A program made the position numbers and the translations under genes. Under the pieces are notes generated by a model that did not search any database, was not told the DNA's origin, and saw only the letters and a program-made list of their open reading frames with translations. This document shows, one piece after another, positions 1 through 10,895 of a stretch of DNA of 64,000 nt. Source of the stretch: an uncultured Acidobacteriota bacterium (GTDB taxonomy: Bacteria; Acidobacteriota; Vicinamibacteria; Fen-336). Positions within the stretch are counted from its first letter, which is position 1; every line of letters starts with the position of its first letter. Location of the stretch: assembly GCA_902826455.1 (NCBI GenBank), contig CADEEV010000001.1, forward strand, positions 298,983 through 362,982, given 5' to 3'.

Positions 1-1477
<1,477 letters not shown>

Positions 1478-1481
<4 letters not shown>

Positions 1482-3526
1482 GCGGTGATCCCCATCTGCC
1501 ACAGCATGAACGCGTAGTCGAACGCGACCTCGCGCAGGTAGTCGTAGCGGCCCGAAGCGCCGCCGTGGCCCGCGGCCATGTTGGTCTTGAGCAGCAGCGG
1601 GTTCGTGTCCGTCTTGAGCGTCCGCAGCCGGGCCGTGTACTTCGCGGGCTCCCAGTACATGACCTGGCTGTCGTTGAACGACGTCGTGATCAGGATCGCG
1701 GGATAGCTCTTCGCCTCCAGGTTGCTGTAGGGGCAATAGCGCCGCATGTAAGCGTAGGCCTCGGGCTCCTTCGGGTTGCCCCACTCCTCGAACTCGCCGA
1801 CCGTGAGCGGCAGCGTCTCGTCGAGCATCGAGTTGATCACGTCGACGAACGGAACCTTCGAGATGACAGCTTTCCACAAGTCGGGCCGCAGGTTCGTGAC
1901 GGCGCCCATGAGCAGTCCGCCGGCGCTGCCGCCCTGCACCACGAGCCGCTCGCGCGCCCCGTACTTCTGGGCGAGCAGGTATTCGCCGCACGCGATGAAG
2001 TCGGTGAACGTGTTCATCTTCTTCAGCATGCGTCCCGAGTCGTGCCAGGGCTTGCCGAGCTCGCCGCCGCCGCGGATGTGGGCGATCGCCACCACGATCC
2101 CGCGATCCAGTAGCGACAGCCGGTTCGACGAGAACGTCACGGTGTTGGGGATGCCGTAGGCACCGTAACCTGAAAGGTACAGGGCCGCCCGGCCGTCGCG
2201 CACCAGGTCCTTGCGGTAGGCGATGGAGATCGGTATCGAGGCACCGTCGGGGGCCGTGGCCTGCAGCCGCTCGGAGACGTACTGCGTCCGGTCGTAGCCG
2301 CCCAGCACCGGCTGCTCCTTGAGGAGCGTCGCCTGGCGCGCGTCCAGGTCGTAGTCGAAGACCGAGGCCGGCGTCACGAAGGACTGGTATGCGTAGCGAT
2401 ACCGCGTGGCATTCCACTCGGCGTTGGCCCCGGGGAAGGCGGAGTACGCCGGCTCGGGAAACGCGACGCGGTGCCAGTCGCCGCTGCGCAGGTCGATCAC
2501 GCGGAACTGGCTGAGGCCGTCCTCGCGCTCGATCACCACGGCATGGCTCTCGAACAGGTCGAGGCCCTCGAGCATCACGTCGGGGCGATGGGCGAGCACC
2601 TCGGTCCAGTTCTCGCGGCCCGGCGCCGCGACCGGCGCCGTCACGAGGCGGTGGTTGCGACCTCGATCGTTGGTGCGGATCCAGAACACGTCGCCGCGGT
2701 GGTCGAGGTCGTACTCCTGCTCGGGGACGCGCGGCGCTACGAGCCGGAACGTGCCCTCCGGCTGGTCGGCCGGCAGGACGCGCGCCTCCGAGGTGGTGTG
2801 GCTGCCGATGCCGAGGATCAGGAAGCCGTCGCTGCGGGTGCGGCCGACGCCGATGTTGAAGGCCTGATCGCCTTCCTCGTAGACGAGCACGTGGTCGGCG
2901 CCGTCGACCGCGTGGCGGTAGAGCCGGTACTGGCGCTTGGTGCCGTCTTCCTCCGTCGTGTAGAAGAGCGTCCGGTTGTCGCGGGCCCAGGCGGCCGTGC
3001 CCGTCTTCTCCACCCGTGTGGCGAGCGGCTCGCCCGTCTCGAGGTCCTTCACGAACAGCGTGTACTCGCGAAAGCCCGTCACGTCCGTGGAGTAGGCCAG
3101 CCGGCGTCCGTCGTCGCTGACGGCGTAGGCGCCGAGGGCCATGAACGCCTCGCCTTGCGCGAGCTCGTTGAGGTCGAGGACCACCTGTTCCGGCGCGTCT
3201 TCAGTGCGCTTCCGGCAGTGGATGGGATACTGCTGGCCGGCCTCGGTCCGCGAGTAGTAGAGCCAGTCGCCCTTGCGCCAGGGAACGCCCATGTCCGTTT
3301 CCTGGATGCGGCCCAGCATCTCGCCGTACAGGTTCTGGGCGAGGGGCATGAAGGGCGCCATCACGGCGCTCGTATAGGCGTTCTCGGCCTCGAGGCACGC
3401 CGCCACCTCGGGGTTCGCCTTGTCGCGCATCCAGAAGTACGGGTCTTCCCGCCGCTCGCCGTGGACGATCTCGACGCGGGGGACCTTCTTCGCGACCGGA
3501 AACGACAGCAGGAGCTCTTCAGTCAT
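1478..3526 (-). CDS. ptrB: Oligopeptidase B (S9 prolyl oligopeptidase family)
   Basis: 682 aa ORF. N-terminal beta-propeller and C-terminal S9 peptidase domain ([11 protein letters not shown] nucleophile motif, catalytic D/H region) are present; composition is non-biased. Confidence 0.9.
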
Positions 3527-3618
3527 GGTCTTGACGGCGGGAATGGCCGAATCCCGAGGCTATCCGCCGCCCGTCCCGACTGTCAAACCTGGCCGGGCCG
3601 TGTGGTACGGTCTGGACC

Positions 3619-4587
3619 GTGAAGCCGCTGACCGTCCTCGTGCTCGCTCCGCCAGCCGATTCGAGCCTGCGCGTCCTCGCTCCCGCTCCCGCCGGCGTCC
3701 GTTTCGTCATCGGGAACCGGCTCGAGGATCTCGAGGAGGCGGCCCCCGAAGCCGAGGCCGCGTGCCTGGTGTTCGGAGGCCGCGGGCTGCTCGAGCCGGT
3801 GTTCGCACGCGCCCCGCGGCTGCGCTGGGTTCACACGGGCTGGGCCGGGCTCGACGGCACGCTGTTCCCCGCGCTCGTCGAGAGCCCCGTCGTCATGACC
3901 AACTCCCGCGGCGTCTTCTCCGCCGCTCTCGCCGAGTTCGCGATGCTGGGAGTCTTGTTCTTCGCGAAGGATCTCCGGCGCATGCTCGCGAGCCAGGCCG
4001 CGGCGCGCTGGGAGCCCTACGAGGTCGAGGAGGTTCGGGAACGGACCCTCGGCATCCTCGGCTACGGCGACATCGGCAAGGCCGTGGCGGAGCGCGCCCG
4101 GGGTCTGGGGCTGCGCGTCCTCGCCGTGCGTCGCGACGCTTCGGCCTCGGAGGGCGACTCCTTCGTCGACGAGGTGATGACCGCGGACCGGCGTGTGGAG
4201 ATGGTGGCGCGCTGCGACTACGTCGTGCTGTCGCTGCCCGGCACGGAGCAGACGCGCGGCCTCTTCGGCGCCGCCGAGATCGCCGCCCTGAAGCCGACCG
4301 CCGTGGTCGTGAACGTCGGCCGCGGCAGCACGGTGGACGAGCCGGCGCTCGTCGATGCGCTCGCCAGGGGGCGGATTCGCGGCGCGGCGCTCGACGTGTT
4401 CGCGGAGGAGCCGCTTCCGGCCGGGCATCCGTTCTGGAGCCTGGGCAACGTGCTGGTGTCGCCCCACACGGCGGACCGCACCGCGACCTGGCGCGACGAG
4501 GCGATGCGCCTGTTCCTCGACAACCTCGGCCGCTTCCGGCGCGGCGAGCGCCTCACGAACGTGGTCGACAAGCGTCGCGGGTACTAG
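3619..4587 (+). CDS. D-isomer-specific 2-hydroxyacid dehydrogenase family (NAD-binding)
   Basis: 322 aa. GILGYGDIGKAV Rossmann motif, catalytic RGS..D..AL and SPH motifs. Confidence 0.85.
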   Translation: MKPLTVLVLAPPADSSLRVLAPAPAGVRFVIGNRLEDLEEAAPEAEAACLVFGGRGLLEPVFARAPRLRWVHTGWAGLDGTLFPALVESPVVMTNSRGVFSAALAEFAMLGVLFFAKDLRRMLASQAAARWEPYEVEEVRERTLGILGYGDIGKAVAERARGLGLRVLAVRRDASASEGDSFVDEVMTADRRVEMVARCDYVVLSLPGTEQTRGLFGAAEIAALKPTAVVVNVGRGSTVDEPALVDALARGRIRGAALDVFAEEPLPAGHPFWSLGNVLVSPHTADRTATWRDEAMRLFLDNLGRFRRGERLTNVVDKRRGY

Positions 4588-5933
4588 GCCGCCGGACTCG
4601 GCCGCGCCGAAGGGCCGCTCGACCAGGTCCGGAAGATCCAGTAGGTGATCGGCCCCGACGTGAAGATCGCGAGATCGAGAAGGGCCTGCGACGGGTTGAA
4701 GACGCCGCCCGGGAACAGGCCCTGGCGGATCACCAGGGCCACGATCAGCACGCTCGGAAGCACCATGAGCGTGAGGCCGGTGGCGCCCACCGGGATCCGG
4801 AAGCCGGGCGCCTGGGACGCTGCCTCGCGGCGTCGCAGCCGGAAGAGCGCCGCGTAGATGAGCAGGTACGAGAGCGACTGCACCAGGGAATAGACGCCCG
4901 CGAGCTCGCTGAAGCTGCGACCGCACAGGGCCGTCAGGATCACGCCGGAGAGCAGCAGCGAGCTCACCGGGGTGCCGAAGCGCGGGTGGCGCCGCTCGAA
5001 GGCCCTCGGGAACAGGCCGTCCTGGGCGAGGACCATCGGCAGGCGCGACTGGCTGAGGATCGTGACCATGAGGATGCCGGCGTTCGAGACGAGGCCGCCG
5101 GCCGCCATCGTCGCGCCGAGGGCCGGCCCGCCGATCTTCGCCGCCGCCGTCATGAAATACGACGGACCCCACTCGCTCCAATCGCCGTTGGCGGCGAGCG
5201 CCGCGAGCGTCGGCAGGATGTAGCTCAAGGCGCACAGCGGCACGGCCATGGCCAGCGCGCGCGGGAACGAGCGCGCCGGGTCCTCGACCTCGGCCGCGTT
5301 CGCGGTCAGCTTCTCGAAGCCTCCGTAGAGCCACATCGCGACCAGGAAGCCGTCGAACAGCGCGAGCGCGAACGGCTTGTCGGGATGGGCGAAGGGCACG
5401 AACGGGCTGTAGTGCCACTGCCACAGGCCCATCACGGTCATCAAGAGGAAGGGCACGAAGACGAGCAGCGTGAAGACGACGGACGCGGTACCGACCAGGC
5501 TGATGCCGCGGTAGTTGAAGAACACGGCGACCCAGACGAGGCTCGCCGCGATCGCGAAGTGGGCGCCCCCGGACAGCTCGGGGACGAAGTACTTCAGGTA
5601 GTTCGCGAAGAGCACCGCGAAGGCGGCGTTGGTCGCGAACATCGTGAGCCACACGAGCCAGCCGGCGCAGTAACCCACCATGTCGCCGAACGCCATCTGG
5701 ACCCAGCGGTAGTAGCCGCCCTCGACGGGGTGGCGCGCCGAGAGCTCGGCGCAGGTGAGCGAGATGGGCGCCGCGTAGATGACCGGCAGCACGAACAGCA
5801 CGAGCATCGACAGGCCGGGCCCCGAGGCGGAAACCATCTCCTCGAGGCCGTAGGCGCCGCTGCAGATGACGCAGTAGGTCATGAAGACGAGCTGGAGGGC
5901 AGTCGCCTTCCGGGGCCCGTCTGCAACCTTCAA
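4584..5933 (-). CDS. APC-superfamily amino acid/polyamine permease
   Basis: Only the C-terminal ~450 aa of the 902 aa track ORF are hydrophobic and APC-like (LQLVFMTYCVICSGAYG, ~12 TM); the upstream part is Arg-rich junk. The start is placed at TTG 5933 (alternative ATG 5882), overlapping the stop of the upstream oxidase. Confidence 0.75.
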   Translation of the reverse strand: MKVADGPRKATALQLVFMTYCVICSGAYGLEEMVSASGPGLSMLVLFVLPVIYAAPISLTCAELSARHPVEGGYYRWVQMAFGDMVGYCAGWLVWLTMFATNAAFAVLFANYLKYFVPELSGGAHFAIAASLVWVAVFFNYRGISLVGTASVVFTLLVFVPFLLMTVMGLWQWHYSPFVPFAHPDKPFALALFDGFLVAMWLYGGFEKLTANAAEVEDPARSFPRALAMAVPLCALSYILPTLAALAANGDWSEWGPSYFMTAAAKIGGPALGATMAAGGLVSNAGILMVTILSQSRLPMVLAQDGLFPRAFERRHPRFGTPVSSLLLSGVILTALCGRSFSELAGVYSLVQSLSYLLIYAALFRLRRREAASQAPGFRIPVGATGLTLMVLPSVLIVALVIRQGLFPGGVFNPSQALLDLAIFTSGPITYWIFRTWSSGPSARPSPAA

Positions 5934-7167
5934 TGGATCCAATCCCGGAGCTTGTACCACAGGCCGACGAAGGGCAGGAACCAGGGCCGTCCGTCGTAGG
6001 CGGGGATGACCGGAAACGGAAGGCCGCGGAAGGGATTGCGGTCCGGACGCCCCAGCATCGCGTCGGCCATGGCGTCGCCCAGGAAGCTCGCGATCCCGAC
6101 GCCGTGAGCGCAGTAGCCCATCGCGTAGGCCATCCCGTCCATCCGGCCCGCATGGGGCGTGAGATCGCGGGTGAACGCGACGCTGCCGCTCCAGGCGTAC
6201 TCGATGCGCGCATCGCCGAGCCCGGGGAAGACCTGGAGCATGCCGCGGCGCAGGATCGCGGCCGCGGTGCGCGTGCTGGAGGCGCTCGACGGCGTGAACT
6301 GCGCGCGACCCCCGAACAGCAGGCGGTTGTCCTCGGAGAGGCGGAAGTAGAAGAGGAAGTTCTTCGAGTCGAAGACCACGCGCCTCCGAGGGAGCAGCGC
6401 CTGCGCCCGGGCCGCGTCGAGGGGCTCCGTGGCGACGATGTACGAGCCGATGGGGATGACGCGTCGGCGCAGCTTCGGGGTCACGGCGCCCGTGTAGCCG
6501 TTGGTCGCGACGAGCACGTCCTTCGCCTCCAGCGCCCCGCGCGGCGTGGCGATGCGGAAGCCGGTCGCGCTCTTCGTCACGTGGAGCGCGGGAGTCAGCT
6601 CGTGGAGCCCGGCGCCGGCGCGCTCGGCGGCCGCCGCGAGACCGTGCACGTATTGCGCCGGTTGCAGCGCGGCACTCCGCTCGTCGAGAAGCGCCCCGTG
6701 GTAGTAGTCGGTGCAGAGCTCGGCGCGCAGCTCGTTCTTGGGCACCAGGCGGACCTCGTGGCCGAACGCGCGGGCGAGCAGCTCCTGGTCGCGGCGGAAG
6801 CGCTCGAAGTGCGCCGGCTTGCAGGCGGCCTCGAGGTGTCCCGAGCGCCTGAAGCCGCAGGCGATGTTCTCCTCGCTCACCAGCCGCTCCACGAAGTCGA
6901 TCGCCTCGAGGGACGAGCGGTACAGCTCGCGGGCCCGCTCGGGCCCGAAGCGGGCGAGGAGCTCCGCCGCGCCGAGCTTCATGCCCGTCAGCACCTGTCC
7001 GCCGTTGCGCGAGCTGGCTCCCCAGCCGATCGTCTCCTTCTCGAGGACGACGACGGAGGCGCCGGCCCGAGCCAGGGTGCGGGCCGCCGAAAGGCCCGTG
7101 TAGCCCGATCCGAGCACGACGACATCCGCGCGCTCCGGCAGCGGCCTCGGGGGGCGCGCCGCCATGG
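5930..7167 (-). CDS. FAD-dependent amine oxidoreductase (PuuB / gamma-glutamylputrescine oxidase-like, DAO family)
   Basis: VVVLGSGYTGLSAARTLARAG FAD-binding fold; FYFRLSEDNRLLFGG and GYCAHGV motifs resemble PuuB. Start moved to MAARPP (codon 141 of the 551 aa track ORF). Confidence 0.8.
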
Positions 7168-7206
7168 GCACGGCGCTCCACCAGTAGGGCGTCTCCGCGA
7201 CCGGGC

Positions 7207-8019
7207 TCACGGCGGCAACATCTCTCGGATGGCCGCGGCGAGATCGCCGGCCTGCGTCTTCTGGATGTTGTGGCCGCCCTCTTCGTACACACGGGTCCGG
7301 GCCCGGGGCATCGCCCGTGCGAGCTCCTCGCCGATCGCGCGCTCGATCAGGCGATCGTCGTTCGCCCAGGCGAGCAGCGTCGGCGGCAAGGGAGCCGCGG
7401 CGGCGCGGCGCAGCGCGGCGAAATCGACCGCGGCGATCGCTCGGAAGTGCCGGGCGAACAGCTCGGGCCCCATGGCTTCGACGTTCGGGAAACGGTTCCT
7501 GCGGTAGCGCTCCCGGGCGACATCGGTGAAGACGCCGCGCAGGCCGGGAATCGCGAACGCATGGCTCAGCAGGCCGAAGCGCCACGGGCTCATGCCGAGG
7601 CCGCGATGCGTCCTGAAGCCGATGCTCGCCGCGAGGACGAGGGCGCGGATCCGTGCGGGGTTCCGCGCGGCCAGGATCAGTGCGGTGCCGCCACCCATCG
7701 AATGGCCGAGGACGCCGAAGCGCGCGAGCCCCAGGTGGTCGGCGAGGGCGAGCACCACGTCCGCGCGCCCCTCCAACGTCGCGATGGCCGCGCGAGAAGG
7801 CGCGCTCGCCCCGAAGCCCGGCAGGTCGACGCGCACGATGCGCCGGTCGCGAGAGAGCTGCGGCGCGAGATAGCGGAAGTCGCGCACGGAGCCCGGCACG
7901 CCGTGCAGGGTGATCAGGGCCGGCGCGTCCCGCGGCCCTTCGTCCACGAACGCGAGCGGCCCGTGCGGAAGCTGGAGGAACTGCGGATCGAGGTCGCTGG
8001 TGGGGAGCGCCTCGGTCAC
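7207..8019 (-). CDS. Alpha/beta-fold hydrolase
   Basis: 270 aa. GHSMGG nucleophile elbow and a HG oxyanion motif near the N-terminus. Confidence 0.8.
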   Translation of the reverse strand: MTEALPTSDLDPQFLQLPHGPLAFVDEGPRDAPALITLHGVPGSVRDFRYLAPQLSRDRRIVRVDLPGFGASAPSRAAIATLEGRADVVLALADHLGLARFGVLGHSMGGGTALILAARNPARIRALVLAASIGFRTHRGLGMSPWRFGLLSHAFAIPGLRGVFTDVARERYRRNRFPNVEAMGPELFARHFRAIAAVDFAALRRAAAAPLPPTLLAWANDDRLIERAIGEELARAMPRARTRVYEEGGHNIQKTQAGDLAAAIREMLPP

Positions 8020-8873
8020 TTCCTGGGCTTCAGCGAGGCCATCAGCTCCTTGGCCATGGCGCGATCGAGATGGGCGAAGCCGGCGAACTGCTGGCCGGAG
8101 AACAGCGCCTCGGCGCCGTCGATCGTGACGAGATCGCCGGTCTGGTACGGGCTCGCGTCGCTCAGCAGGTACGCGAGGAGGTTCGTGAGCTCCCAGTGCT
8201 CGCCGAAACGCCGCGAGGGCACGCGCCGCAGCGCCTGCTTCTCCATCTCGGAGCCGGGAAGCAGCCGGCTGAACGCGCCGTCAGTGGGGAACGGCCCGGG
8301 GGCCACGGCGTTGAGCCGGATGCCGTAGGTGGCCCACTCGACCGCGAGCGAGCGCATCATCGCGAGGACGCCGGCCTTCGCGGCGGCCGAGGGCAGCACG
8401 AACGCCGAGCCGTTCGTGACGTAGCTCGTCACGATCGACACGACCGCGCCCTTCGCCTGGCGCGCGATCAGCCGCTTGCCGAGCTCGATCGTGCAGTGGA
8501 AGGAGCCGTAGAGCACGATCTGGACGACGGAGTTGAACGCGTTCGGCGAGAGATCCTCCGACGGGCAGAGGAAGTTGCCCGCGGCGTTGTTCACGAGCTG
8601 GTTCGCCGCTCCGAGCTCGGCCTCGACCCGGTCGAAGGCCTGGCGCACGGCCTCGGGATCGCGGATGTCGCAGGGCACGGCGAGCGCCGTGCCGCCGGCG
8701 TCGCCGATCGTCTTCACGGTCTCGGCCAGGGGCTCCGGCCGGCGCCCGAGCACCGCGACCTTCGCGCCGAGCGACGCGAGGCGCAGCGCCGTCGAGCGGC
8801 CGAGGCCGCTCCCGCCCCCGGTGACGATCGTCGTCTTGCCCTGCAGCAGGTCGGGACGGAACGGATCGTTCAT
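8016..8873 (-). CDS. SDR-family oxidoreductase (2,4-dienoyl-CoA reductase-like)
   Basis: Start reassigned to MNDPF; TGGGSGLG NAD(P)-binding motif; SDR catalytic region. 4-bp overlap with the downstream hydrolase. Confidence 0.85.
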   Translation of the reverse strand: MNDPFRPDLLQGKTTIVTGGGSGLGRSTALRLASLGAKVAVLGRRPEPLAETVKTIGDAGGTALAVPCDIRDPEAVRQAFDRVEAELGAANQLVNNAAGNFLCPSEDLSPNAFNSVVQIVLYGSFHCTIELGKRLIARQAKGAVVSIVTSYVTNGSAFVLPSAAAKAGVLAMMRSLAVEWATYGIRLNAVAPGPFPTDGAFSRLLPGSEMEKQALRRVPSRRFGEHWELTNLLAYLLSDASPYQTGDLVTIDGAEALFSGQQFAGFAHLDRAMAKELMASLKPRK

Positions 8874-9376
8874 CGCGGCGCTCCTTCGTGTCGCAAGACG
8901 AAACACGTCGTGGTGGCGTGGGCGTACAGCTTCGAGTCGGCGCCCGTGACCTTGCCCGTGGCCGTGATCATGCGCCGGCCGAGGTGGAGGACCTCGGCGA
9001 AGGCGCGCAGGCGACCGGTGGCGCCGGTGACCGCGCGCACGAGGTGCACGTGCAGGTCCGTGGTGGTGTAGCCGACGCCGGCCGGCAGCGTGGAGTGGAC
9101 CGCGCACCCCATGGCCGAGTCCAGGAGCGTCGACAGCAGGCCGCCGTGGACGACGCCGATCGGGTTGTAGTGGAACTCGGCCGGCTCGACCGAGAAGACC
9201 GCGCGGCCCTCCTCCACCTCGTCGAGCCCGAAGGCCATCAGCCGCGCCATGGGCGGCGGCGGGTACTCGCCGCGCATCATCGCCCGCAGGTAGTCGATAC
9301 CGGCGAGGCCGCGGGCGGCCGCGGCCCCCGGCATCGGATCCTCCCAGTCGAACGTCCGCGAGCGCTCCCGGGCCAC
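8870..9376 (-). CDS. PaaI/hotdog-fold acyl-CoA thioesterase
   Basis: 168 aa; GVVHGGLLSTLLDSAMG hotdog signature; ATGA overlap with the SDR start. Confidence 0.75.
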   Translation of the reverse strand: MARERSRTFDWEDPMPGAAAARGLAGIDYLRAMMRGEYPPPPMARLMAFGLDEVEEGRAVFSVEPAEFHYNPIGVVHGGLLSTLLDSAMGCAVHSTLPAGVGYTTTDLHVHLVRAVTGATGRLRAFAEVLHLGRRMITATGKVTGADSKLYAHATTTCFVLRHEGAPR

Positions 9377-9379
9377 GGT

Positions 9380-9745
9380 CTAGCCGCCGGCGCGCTTGGA
9401 TTTGAGGCCGCGGGCCGCAAGGGCCGTCTCGACCTTGTCCCGGTGGTCGCCCTGCAGCTCGAGCGCCCCGTCCTTGACCGTGCCGCCGGCTCCGCACGCG
9501 GACTTCAGGGCCTTCGCGAGCTCCGCGAGCTCTGCCGGACGCCCTGGAAGGCCGGAGACCACGGTCACCACGCGATCCGAGGCGCGGCGGTCGAGCCGGA
9601 TCCGGATGCCGCCCTTGCCCGTGTCGCGAGACGCCTGGGGCCGCGCGTGGCGGTCCGGCCGTCGCTCCGGCTTGGAGTCCGGGACGGGCCCGCCGGTCGA
9701 GTAGGCGAGGCGCGTGTTGTCGTCGGCCACGCGCCCTTCTACCAC
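9380..9745 (-). CDS. yciH: Translation initiation factor SUI1 / YciH
   Basis: 121 aa; SUI1 domain (VSGLPG...LKSACGAGGTV...LQGDHRDKV). Confidence 0.85.
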   Translation of the reverse strand: MVEGRVADDNTRLAYSTGGPVPDSKPERRPDRHARPQASRDTGKGGIRIRLDRRASDRVVTVVSGLPGRPAELAELAKALKSACGAGGTVKDGALELQGDHRDKVETALAARGLKSKRAGG

Positions 9746-9775
9746 ACTCCCGAGTCGTGGACCGCCGGCTCGGTC

Positions 9776-10015
9776 ATGTTAGAATTTGCCGCGTACATGG
9801 GTAACCGCAACCGAGCGACGTTCGCGAAAAGACAAAGAGAGATCGCACGCCAGGAGCACGCCCGCGACAAAGCGGCGAAGCGTGTGGAGCGCACCGAGAC
9901 CAAGGTCAAGGTCGATCGGAAGGCCGTGGACGTCGATCCCGACATCGCGGGGATCGTGCCGGGACCGCAGCCGCTTCCGTACGACATCGAAGAAGAAGAG
10001 CCGACCAAGACCTAG
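9776..10015 (+). CDS. Small basic hypothetical protein (72-79 aa) with an acidic C-terminal tail
   Basis: In-frame ATGs at 9776 and 9797. Composition is K/R/E-rich, not Arg/Pro-biased; the first ~80 nt are locally AT-richer. It is the C-terminal part of track ORF 8888..10015. Confidence 0.4.
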   Translation: MLEFAAYMGNRNRATFAKRQREIARQEHARDKAAKRVERTETKVKVDRKAVDVDPDIAGIVPGPQPLPYDIEEEEPTKT

Positions 10016-10890
10016 GTCAGGACGAAGGCACCATCCGCGAGGATGGCGACCGTGTGTTCGGTCTGGGCCACGGGACGGCCCGAGACTTCGATCAGCGGCG
10101 CATATGCCGAGAGCGCTCCCTGGGCGGCCAGCGCCTCCAGGGCTTCCTCGACCGCTTGCGGCGCGAAGCGCCGCAGCTGGCGTCTCGAGAAGGGCAGCCC
10201 GCGGAAGTCGCGGATGGCGCCCAGCAGGGCGGGCGCTGCCGCTCCATCGGCGCTGCTTCGAGGGTCCATCCGGAACACCTGCGCCGCGCCGCTCTCGCTG
10301 ACGAGGCCCTGGCCCTCGGTCGCGAACGGCTCGATCGCCACCACGGAGCCCTCGCGCAGGACGGCCTTCGAGTGGTCCGGCGCGTTGGGGATGGCGGGAG
10401 CGCAGTGCACTACGTAGCGGCCCACGCCGTGGCCGCCGATGTTGCGCACCGGCTTCACGCCGAGGCCCGTCACGGTCTTCTCGATCTCGGCGGACAGCGT
10501 CTGCACCGGAACGCCCGGGCCGGCCGCCGCGATGGCCGCGCGCAGGGCCGCGTCGGTCGCCTGGATGAGCCGCGCGTTCCTCGGCTTGCCGCCGACGTTG
10601 ACGCTCTGCGCGGTGTCCACGACCCAGCCGTCGACGTGGACGCCCAGGTCGAGCTTCGCGAGATCGCCGTCCTCGTAGAGCGTCTCGTCGCCGGGCCCGG
10701 GACAGTAGTGGGCTGCCACTGCGTTGCGCGAGGTCTGCACGGGGAATGCGAGAGCACCGCCCCGGCGCTCGATCTCGTCCTCGACGGCGGCGCACACGTC
10801 CGCGAGCCGCGCGCCGGCCACGATCCTCGCCGCCCCGAAGCCGCGCGCGGCGGCCGCGATGCGCCCGGCCTCGCGGAGCGCTTCGAGCAC
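10012..10890 (-). CDS. Archaeal/type-2-like methionine aminopeptidase (M24 family)
   Basis: Start reassigned to GTG (VLEALREAGR). AFPVQTSRNAVAAHYCP, GHGVGRYVVHCAPAIPN, EPFAT and EHTV motifs align with Pyrococcus-type MetAP. Confidence 0.8.
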   Translation of the reverse strand: MLEALREAGRIAAAARGFGAARIVAGARLADVCAAVEDEIERRGGALAFPVQTSRNAVAAHYCPGPGDETLYEDGDLAKLDLGVHVDGWVVDTAQSVNVGGKPRNARLIQATDAALRAAIAAAGPGVPVQTLSAEIEKTVTGLGVKPVRNIGGHGVGRYVVHCAPAIPNAPDHSKAVLREGSVVAIEPFATEGQGLVSESGAAQVFRMDPRSSADGAAAPALLGAIRDFRGLPFSRRQLRRFAPQAVEEALEALAAQGALSAYAPLIEVSGRPVAQTEHTVAILADGAFVLT

Positions 10891-10895
10891 GAGCG

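Noticed and set aside
3420-6213. Very long overlapping ORFs on both strands (859 aa plus, 876 aa minus), and similar ones at 12189-14498 (-), 18476-23113 (-), 18838-20820 (+), 44688-49106 (+), 56300-59650 (-), 60388-62568 (-), 10746-11894 (+), 37179-38264 (-)
   Set aside because: Their translations are extremely Arg/Pro/Gly/Ala-rich and low-complexity with no domains. They lie antisense or out of frame to genes with clear homology. They are the expected stop-codon-poor artefacts of ~70% GC DNA.
4584-7292. N-terminal 470 residues of the 902 aa minus-strand ORF
   Set aside because: Only the C-terminal ~450 aa are the APC permease. The upstream part is antisense-frame junk overlapping the real FAD oxidase gene.
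8888-10015. 375 aa plus ORF spanning the thioesterase, SUI1 and the small protein
   Set aside because: Only the final ~75 codons (9776-10015) look protein-like. The rest is antisense to two homology-supported genes.
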